From an uncultured Fibrobacter sp. (GTDB lineage Bacteria; Fibrobacterota; Fibrobacteria; Fibrobacterales; Fibrobacteraceae), in NCBI RefSeq assembly GCF_946062555.1, contig NZ_CAMGVQ010000003.1:31652-95651 (forward strand): a stretch of DNA of 64,000 nt. Direction: 5' to 3'. A program made the translations under genes and the position numbers. Positions 9,441 through 16,453 of this stretch are shown here, one piece after another (the first letter of the stretch is position 1; each line of letters opens with the position of its first letter). The notes under the pieces are model-generated. The model made no database searches. It worked only from the letters and a program-made list of their open reading frames with translations, and had not been told where the DNA came from.

Positions 9441-10088
9441 ATGTTTAGATATTTGAAAAAAATAGTGAAGCGTTTTAGCATTTTGCTTGCGGCGATTCTC
9501 GCGAGTATGCTTCTCGTGTTCTCCGTGACGATGGCGAATTTGTTTTTGAGCGGTAAGGTGTTTCACGAAAAGAAGTACGCGAAGACAGAAGTGAGTGTCA
9601 AGAAGGTGGACGAGGTCGAGAAGAAGGTAGAAAAGAAAAAGCCGACTCGCAAGCCGAACCGTATGAAGTCCAATTCGCGTTCGCCCAAGGCAGGGCCTCG
9701 TTTTGCGATGAATCTCGGTGCTGCCTCGGGAACGGCTGGAGCCGCTATCAGTGATGAATTGGTTGCCGATTTTCGTGGCGGAGCGCTTTCAACGGAAAAG
9801 GGCGATGTCGACAAGAAACCGGAAAGCCGCAGTATGGCAAATTTCCAGGTGCCTCCCAAAATCAGGGATAACGAAATTGATGCGACGCTCCGACTCGGTT
9901 TTTGCGTGGACGCGGGTGGTCATGTGTATGACATCAAGGTGTTGGAAGAATCCCCGGCGGGTTCTGGCCTTGCCGCTGCTGGCCGCGAAGCCCTTTCTCG
10001 CATGACATTTACTCCGGCTGAAAAGGCGGGAAAAGCGGTGCCCTTCTGTGGTATGGAACAACCGTTCGAAGTGAAGTTTAGGGACTGA
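9441..10088 (+). CDS. tonB: TonB-family protein (N-terminal anchor, Lys/Pro-rich spacer, C-terminal TonB domain)
   Basis: TM anchor, then a KKVEKKKPTRKPNRMK spacer, then a C-terminal ~80 aa ending ...ALSRMTFTPAEKAGKAVPFCGMEQPFEVKF. It follows exbD. Confidence 0.7.
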   Translation: MFRYLKKIVKRFSILLAAILASMLLVFSVTMANLFLSGKVFHEKKYAKTEVSVKKVDEVEKKVEKKKPTRKPNRMKSNSRSPKAGPRFAMNLGAASGTAGAAISDELVADFRGGALSTEKGDVDKKPESRSMANFQVPPKIRDNEIDATLRLGFCVDAGGHVYDIKVLEESPAGSGLAAAGREALSRMTFTPAEKAGKAVPFCGMEQPFEVKFRD

Positions 10089-10137
10089 TTTAGACGAGAG
10101 AACGGACCTACGGTCCTACAGACTAGAGACGAAAGAA
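10089..10137. repeat. Second copy of the stop-adjacent hairpin module
   Basis: tttagacgagagaacGGACCtacGGTCCtacagactagagacgaaaga lies directly after the tonB stop. The stem sequence differs from copy 1 but remains self-complementary. Confidence 0.8.
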
Positions 10138-10208
10138 TTATAATGGCGCTTTGCGCAAAGAGTTTAAAAATGATGATGAAAGGAATGATAAGTAAGTACA
10201 ATAGTTTA

Positions 10209-11273
10209 ATGGGAGATTCTTGTATTGCATCACTCTCGTCTTTCGTCTTTCGTCTCTCGTCTGTTTTGCTTTTCCTCGCTGTTTCTTCCTTCGCGGCGCA
10301 GTCTTCTTATGACCTGATGGAACGCGCGAACGCACTTTACCGCGACGGAAAATTCAAGCAGGCCATTATGCTTTACCGCAAGGCGGAATCTCGTGGCGCC
10401 GACCCCGTCGCGACCAGTTTCAACATCGCCAACAGTTATTACCAGCAGAATGACTTGCCGAATGCCGCCGCCACTTACCGCAAGGCAATCGATTTTTCGA
10501 ACGGTTCGTTCGCTCCCGCTCTTTTTAACATGGCGAGTGTCTATTTTCGGCTCAAGCAGTATCCCGAATGCGTGGCGGCGTATCACCGTGCGTTGAAACT
10601 GGAACCGGAAAATGTTTCCGGTTGGCTTTACTTAGGCGAAGCCTACAGTAAAACCGGCGACGCGGTCGGCGCCCTGCGTGCCATCGAAAAGGCGTACCAG
10701 CTCGATAAAGAAGACATCAGCATCGTGTACCAGCTTTCCGAAGCGAATATCGCCCTTAATGATTTTGGACGCGCCGTCGCCGTGATTCGCGAAGGCTATG
10801 CCGCCCACCCCGAAGAAATCGACTTCTTGGTTTACCTGGGTGATGTTTATCGCCTGAATAAGCAGTACGAAGAAAGTGCCGCCGCTTACCGCGAAGCATT
10901 GGGCGTTCGCCCTGATGACCCTGCAACCATGTATAAGCTCGCCGATGTTCTCGCCGAAGACAACAAGCCTTTCGTGGCGATGGACGTGCTCAACAATCTC
11001 ACGCAAATCAAGCCCGATTTTAGCGACGCCGCCATCTTCCTCGGGAACCTCGCATACGACGCCAAGTTCCTCGATCGCGCCGAATCCGCCTACGAACTTG
11101 CCGCCAAACAGGGGAACGCCGAAGCCGTATTCGGCTTCAAGAATATGGCCTACGATGCCCACGCTCAAAAGCGCGACGATGAAGCCCTGCGCCTGCTGCG
11201 CACTGCCCAAACCTATTTCCCGGATGATGTCACCCTGCAGGCCGACATCATGGAATTCGAGAAAAATCAATAA
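10209..11273 (+). CDS. TPR-repeat protein that ends the TonB2-type operon (TtpD-like position)
   Basis: Multiple 34-aa TPR-like repeats (e.g. A..YR.AL...P). The start is uncertain: the ORF opens at 10143, while M at 10209 precedes the signal-like SFVFRLSSVLLFLAVSSFA. Confidence 0.7.
   Translation: MGDSCIASLSSFVFRLSSVLLFLAVSSFAAQSSYDLMERANALYRDGKFKQAIMLYRKAESRGADPVATSFNIANSYYQQNDLPNAAATYRKAIDFSNGSFAPALFNMASVYFRLKQYPECVAAYHRALKLEPENVSGWLYLGEAYSKTGDAVGALRAIEKAYQLDKEDISIVYQLSEANIALNDFGRAVAVIREGYAAHPEEIDFLVYLGDVYRLNKQYEESAAAYREALGVRPDDPATMYKLADVLAEDNKPFVAMDVLNNLTQIKPDFSDAAIFLGNLAYDAKFLDRAESAYELAAKQGNAEAVFGFKNMAYDAHAQKRDDEALRLLRTAQTYFPDDVTLQADIMEFEKNQ
10232..10262. repeat. Inverted copy of the AGACGAA heptamer run, inside the 5' end of the TPR gene
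   Basis: ctctcgtctttcgtctttcgtctctcgtct is translated as SLSSFVFRLSS within the predicted signal peptide. Confidence 0.8.
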
Positions 11274-11332
11274 AAATTCTGATAAAGGGCGGGGATAAAC
11301 TTTGTTATATTCTCCCTAATCGGAGTTGCCCT

Positions 11333-12499
11333 ATGGAATGGAATACGACTGTCAAGAACCGGATTGAATCTCGCCTGAACGACAAGGAAAATTCGCTTGC
11401 GCCTTACGCTTGCAAGTCGGCGCAGGCGGTTCGTTTTCATGAGGCTCCGCAAGATCTCCGTCCTAACTTTTTCCACGATTCGGACAAGATCATCCATTCC
11501 TATTGCTACAGCCGCTACATAGACAAGACCCAAGTTTTTTACCTGGTCGAAAATGACCACATCACGCATCGCGTGCTCCATGTGCAGCTGGTGGCGAAAA
11601 TCGCAAGGACCATCGGGCGTTTCTTGAACTTGAACGAAGATTTGATCGAAGCAATCTCGCTAGGACACGATGTCGGCCACACGCCTTTTGGACACGACGG
11701 CGAACGCATTATTTCGGCATTTTTGCAGGAACAGGGCGCAGGCATTTTTGAACATAACGTTCAAAGTTTCCGTTTGTTCCACGACCTCGAAGCCTACGGA
11801 AAAGGCCTGAACCTTACCGCACAAGTGCTTGACGGAATTATCTGCCACAACGGCGAAATCCTGCAGAACAGCTACGGCTGCGACCGTAACAAGACTCCCG
11901 AAAAATTGCTGACGGAATACCGCGAAAGCCTCAACGGGAATTTCAAGTCGAAAGATATGGTCCCGATGACTCTGGAAGGCTGCGTCATGCGCATCTCGGA
12001 TGTAATCGCCTACATTGGCCGAGACATCGAAGACGCCATCGTCTTGAAATTGGTGGATCGCGAAAGCCTGCCCCGCGAAATCACGGAAGTGCTTGGCAAC
12101 AAGAATGGGGAAATTGTCGACACGCTTATCAAGGACCTCGTGAACAACAGCATCGACAAAGAAACTCTCCGTTTTTCGCAGGAAGTTTTTGATGCGCTGA
12201 ATCGCCTGAAAAATTGGAACTACAAGAACATCTACCTGAACCCGAAAAAGTCAACGCAAGACAAAAAAATCAGGACGATGTTCCGCACCGTTCTGGTGGA
12301 ATGCCTCGACGAACTCGGCTCTGACAAAAAAGTCACCGGAATCAATCACTGGTTCAATTCCATGAGTGCTGAATATAAAGAGGCGACCCCCAAGCCACGC
12401 GTCGTTGCCGACTATGTTGCAGGTATGACCGATGATTACTTGATGAACGCCTACAAGGAAATCGTAGTTCCCAAGTCGTTCGGGATTAACTTTAAGTAA
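11333..12499 (+). CDS. dgt: dGTPase-like HD-domain triphosphohydrolase
   Basis: Contains RVLHVQLVAKIARTIG...SLGHDVGHTPFGHDGE, the HD motif region typical of Dgt-like proteins. Length 388 aa. Confidence 0.7.
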   Translation: MEWNTTVKNRIESRLNDKENSLAPYACKSAQAVRFHEAPQDLRPNFFHDSDKIIHSYCYSRYIDKTQVFYLVENDHITHRVLHVQLVAKIARTIGRFLNLNEDLIEAISLGHDVGHTPFGHDGERIISAFLQEQGAGIFEHNVQSFRLFHDLEAYGKGLNLTAQVLDGIICHNGEILQNSYGCDRNKTPEKLLTEYRESLNGNFKSKDMVPMTLEGCVMRISDVIAYIGRDIEDAIVLKLVDRESLPREITEVLGNKNGEIVDTLIKDLVNNSIDKETLRFSQEVFDALNRLKNWNYKNIYLNPKKSTQDKKIRTMFRTVLVECLDELGSDKKVTGINHWFNSMSAEYKEATPKPRVVADYVAGMTDDYLMNAYKEIVVPKSFGINFK

Positions 12500-12511
12500 A
12501 AGTTTTACTTG

Positions 12512-12543
12512 CGACATTATTTGTCGTATACACCTCCTATATT
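12512..12543 (+). promoter_or_regulatory. Palindrome CGACA-TTATT-TGTCG followed after 11 nt by TATATT; candidate operator plus -10 element
   Basis: cgacattatttgtcg lies at 12512-12526 and tatatt at 12538-12543. It sits upstream of the decayed AAA ATPase gene. Confidence 0.45.
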
Positions 12544-12632
12544 TTTATTCGTGAACTACGGCCCGGGTATCCGCTGGAGTAAGCGAACTAGCGAAGCGTA
12601 AATTGGTGTTTTTGGCAAAAAAACGGCTTTTT

Positions 12633-13955
12633 TACGTAAAGTCCCTTGAAAAAGTCTGTCTTTTTGTTGAAAGTCGTTAAAAAAATCCATTCAAAAAGCC
12701 TCTTATCATAAAGGGGTGTAGGCAGTGCGGCAAAACGCATTCCGTTTTAGAGTTCTCCCACAAGAATTACCAAAGCGTGGTCTATCTCAATTTTTTCAAG
12801 AATCCCGAATACGCCCAGATTTTCGAAGGCCCGCTTGACATAGATACGATTACAATGCAAATTGGCGCGACAATCCCTGGAACAAAATTTCTGCCACACA
12901 AGACGGTGATTATCCTGGATGAAATTCAGGATGCTCCAAACGCCCGCACCGCGCTAAAGTTTTTCAAGGAAGATGGTCGTTACGACGTGATTGGAACAGG
13001 TTCGCTACTCGGAGTACAGGGCTACGGGAAGTCTCCAAAATCCATTCCCGTCGGTTCTGAAACCGTCATTACGATGTACCCGCTAGATTTTGAAGAGTTC
13101 CTATGGGCAAACGATATCCAGCCTCCAGTATTCAAGAAACTTCGCGAATGTTTTGAACAAGTTGTTTCTGTCCCCGAAGCTCTTCACAATCGGATGCATC
13201 AACTGCTACTGCAATACACCGTTGTGGGTGGCATGCCCGAAGTCGTGCAGGAATTCGTAAACACCCACCAGATGGATACCGTGTTCCAACTGCAGGAATC
13301 CATTGTCAATTCTTATCGCGACGATATGGTCAAGTACGCTTCGGCGTCCAACAAGGTTCGCATCAGGGAATGTTTTGATTCCATTCCGGACCAGCTCGCC
13401 AAGGAAAACAAAAAATTCCAATACTCGCTCATCGAGAAAAAAGGAACCGCCGAAAAATTCGCGGGCAGCCTGCAGTGGATTGAGGACGCCGGAATCATTA
13501 CACGCTGCTACAATCTGCATACGACGGAACTTCCGCTAGAAGGCAATGCAGACAAGAGCGTTTTCAAGGTCTATATGAATGATATCGGGCTTTTTGTCAG
13601 TATGCTTGAACAAGGAACGCAGGGCGATATTTTACGCGGAAATCTTCTCGGATACAAGGGAGCCATTTTTGAAAATCTTGCCGCAAGCATTCTCTATAAA
13701 ATGAAACGCAAGCTGTTTTATTTCCGTAAGGATTCTGGGCTGGAAATTGACTTTGTTATTAGGCACAAGGGCGAATGTACGTTGATGGAAGTCAAGGCCG
13801 AAAATGGCAACGCCAAGAGCGTAAAGACCGTATTGAACCACCCCGAAAAATACCATGTCAATAGGGCTATCAAATTCGGGAACTACAATGTTGGCAATAC
13901 GGGCAGCGTATTGACGCTGCCGCTGTATATGCTGATGTTTATGGACGAACGGTGA
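12633..13955 (+). pseudogene. AAA+ ATPase with a DUF4143-type C-terminus; the 5' end is decayed by an in-frame TAA before Walker A and has no ATG
   Basis: The upstream frame reads YVKSLEKVCLFVESR*KNPFKKPLIIKGCRQCGKTHSV, with the stop at 12678-12680. It then joins the 392-aa ORF at 12777-13955. The intact paralog at 33515 has MKRIILEKLNKWKTSKRRKPLLLRGARQVGKTW in the same region. Confidence 0.55.
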
Positions 13956-14424
13956 AGATAAATTATCGCTATATGCGTCTTTAATTGTCGCATTCCCGTT
14001 GTATATTATGCCATGTGGTCCTGAAGTCGGCCGCATAAGGAAAAAAGTCCAATTAAGAAACCGGTTTTTCCTGTCGGAAAAACCCGACCACTTAAAAAAG
14101 GAATCGTAAAAACACGAAATTCCAAAATTTGACAAAATTCGATGGCGTGGTGTAAGTAAATTTTTATTAATAAAATATGAGAAGGAACGACAAATGATGT
14201 CATATCCCGTAGCCAGGTGTCAATAACCACGTGACTTCCCTCCTATTTTGGCTAAAAAGCGCACAGCGGGGGCAAAACGCATCATTTTATTCTTTAGTTG
14301 CAAAATAATTGCATTTTTCATTCCTTTCGGAAAAAAAAGTTATATTTTTTGATGAAAATGTATGGTATTGTGGAAAATCGCCTCTGGGTGTCAACCGGCA
14401 TAGGCCGGCCCTTTTCCCTGTTTA

Positions 14425-14436
14425 CCCCCCCCCCCC
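14425..14436. repeat. Homopolymeric C12 tract in the non-coding region upstream of the zinc-ribbon operon
   Basis: tttaCCCCCCCCCCCCgtgt ends 94 nt upstream of the ATG at 14530. Confidence 0.95.
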
Positions 14437-14529
14437 GTGTAAATTTTAGTTTACGAAACAGATCGAGCAGTCATCGCGACGTAATGCGTCGTGGTGTTTC
14501 GGTGTTGTTTAACTAGAGGAGATTCGCAT

Positions 14530-16152
14530 ATGTATTGTGAAAACTGTGGTGCAAAAATACCTTCTGGTGCAAATTTTTGCGAAGAATGTGGCGCAAAGAT
14601 TGATTATGCCGATGGTTTAACCGAGGAGTCGACACCTAAAGGTGGAACCTCAAAATCATTTGGCATTCTAGAGCCTGATGTTTTTGATAACTCGGATTGG
14701 AAGTCCAAATGGCTTGCTGCCGCACAAAAGGCTAGTGGATTGGAATTGGGGATCATCCTTACCGATGTTAGTACCCTTTCAAGGGATTTGAATTGTTCCG
14801 CTTTGCAACTTAAGGAACTGATTGCGAATTATATTGATGCGGCACATCAGCGTGATGTCCATTATTACCTTCTGGATGTTGCCGAAAACAGTGTGCAAAA
14901 TGCGGACGGTACCGATGTGCAATCGGTGGTGGACTTGCTCAAGACGGTATGCGATGTGGCTCGACCCAAATACTTGTTTATCCTTGGCAACGAAGAAGTC
15001 GTCGCAGTGGCGTCATGGGATAACCAGGCGAGTGATGATGACTATGACGTTCTTGCGGATCTGCCCTACGTAACCCTTGATACGACTTCGCCGTGGGAAG
15101 GTCAAAAATATAACTTTGGACAAGTTCTTAGGGTTGGGCGACTTCCCAGTTTCGACGGCGAACGGCTCGATGAGTTCGAGACCTACTTCGGCAACGCCAT
15201 TCGCGGTATCGGCAGGATTGACGAGGTTCGTCCGTTTGGACTTTCCGCCCTTGTGTGGAAGGATGCTTCGCAATCGCAATACGCCGGTATCGCTTCCGAA
15301 AATGTCTACACTTCACCGGAATTGTCTCTCGACAATGTGGATGAAGAGCTCCCATCGGATGCCAATCTTCTGTATTTCAACCTGCATGGCCGCGATTCTG
15401 CCAAATTCTGGTACGGACAGGAGGGTATGACCTACCCCGAGACTTTCGCGCCCGGTATGCTTGAAAACTTGACTGGACCTTATTTCTTGGGTGTCGAGGC
15501 TTGCTATGGTGCACGCTACACCGAAGGTCTCACTCCCGAAACAAGTGTCCTTTTGTCGGCCATGTTGCATGGGTGTTTGGCCTTCTTGGGTTCAAGCAAG
15601 ATAGCCTTTGGCCCTTGTGTTGCTCCGGGGAACTGTGCCGACATCATGATTGGAACCTATGTAAAAAAATTGGCTAACGGCGAAAGCGCGGGCGATGCCT
15701 ACTGTGCTGCCATGAAAGACTTGATGAACGATGAAAACCCTGACGATTTGACCATCAAAACGCTCGCTGAATTCTCGCTTTACGGAGACCCTTCTGCCCG
15801 TATGGGAAAGAACAAGTCCAAGTCTGTTTTGGCCAAGGCGTTCGGTGGTGTCGCGAAGGGATTGCGTGTGCCTATGCCGGATGTGCGGCGGGCTGTAAAA
15901 TCTATGCAGATTGATGCGAGCAGCAAGGCTGTTCAGGCATTCCAGAGGAAGCTTTCTACGAACATGAAGGCGTTCAGCACGGGGTTCAACATCATGGATT
16001 ACATGCAGGGTGTAGAACCTAACTATTTTCAGGTGGGTAGCAAGAACCTGTTCCAGGCTTCTTATACAAAAACTATTGGAAAATTTACACAAATTGCTAA
16101 GGTCTATTTTGACGACAATGGCAAGATCAAGAAAACTCTCCTTTCCAAGTGA
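14530..16152 (+). CDS. Zinc-ribbon protein fused to a clan-CD (peptidase C25/gingipain-like) domain
   Basis: An AGAGGAG RBS lies 9 nt before the ATG. The N-terminus is MYCENCGAKIPSGANFCEECGAKI. The order of C25-like landmarks is LFILGNEEVV...DLPY...VGRLP...LYFNLHGRDS (His-Gly)...GVEACYGA (Cys)...AFLGSS...FSLYGDPS. Confidence 0.55.
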   Translation: MYCENCGAKIPSGANFCEECGAKIDYADGLTEESTPKGGTSKSFGILEPDVFDNSDWKSKWLAAAQKASGLELGIILTDVSTLSRDLNCSALQLKELIANYIDAAHQRDVHYYLLDVAENSVQNADGTDVQSVVDLLKTVCDVARPKYLFILGNEEVVAVASWDNQASDDDYDVLADLPYVTLDTTSPWEGQKYNFGQVLRVGRLPSFDGERLDEFETYFGNAIRGIGRIDEVRPFGLSALVWKDASQSQYAGIASENVYTSPELSLDNVDEELPSDANLLYFNLHGRDSAKFWYGQEGMTYPETFAPGMLENLTGPYFLGVEACYGARYTEGLTPETSVLLSAMLHGCLAFLGSSKIAFGPCVAPGNCADIMIGTYVKKLANGESAGDAYCAAMKDLMNDENPDDLTIKTLAEFSLYGDPSARMGKNKSKSVLAKAFGGVAKGLRVPMPDVRRAVKSMQIDASSKAVQAFQRKLSTNMKAFSTGFNIMDYMQGVEPNYFQVGSKNLFQASYTKTIGKFTQIAKVYFDDNGKIKKTLLSK

Positions 16153-16160
16153 GGCAAAAG

Positions 16161-16430
16161 ATGGAATTCGGAAAAATAAATCTTGAAAAGGGAATTGAAA
16201 TGGTTCTGCAGGGGACCATCGTTTTCCTTGTTGCAAATGAAGGCAGCAAAAGCGAAGGTGTTTATCCTCACCTGTATCAGGATCGTGAAACGAAAATCAA
16301 AGTTTTCAAAGAAGGTGACAATCCATTCGAAAATCACGGTTTCGATGATTTCGATGGAAAGCAGGTTGAGTTGAAAGGTTCCCTTGGACGCGGCAATATA
16401 TTTGTCGTCAAGGAAATCAAGGCTATTTAA
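16161..16430 (+). CDS. Small hypothetical protein (~89 aa) in the zinc-ribbon operon
   Basis: The ORF starts 9 nt after the upstream stop. The composition looks beta-rich. I recognised no family. Confidence 0.45.
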   Translation: MEFGKINLEKGIEMVLQGTIVFLVANEGSKSEGVYPHLYQDRETKIKVFKEGDNPFENHGFDDFDGKQVELKGSLGRGNIFVVKEIKAI

Positions 16431-16453
16431 AATTACAACAAAGAAGTACATAT

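Noticed and set aside
13632-14230. Minus-strand ORFs 13632-14135 and 14006-14230 in the AT-rich gap after the decayed ATPase.
   Set aside because: The first overlaps the ATPase 3' end in antisense. Neither has an RBS or a recognisable motif.
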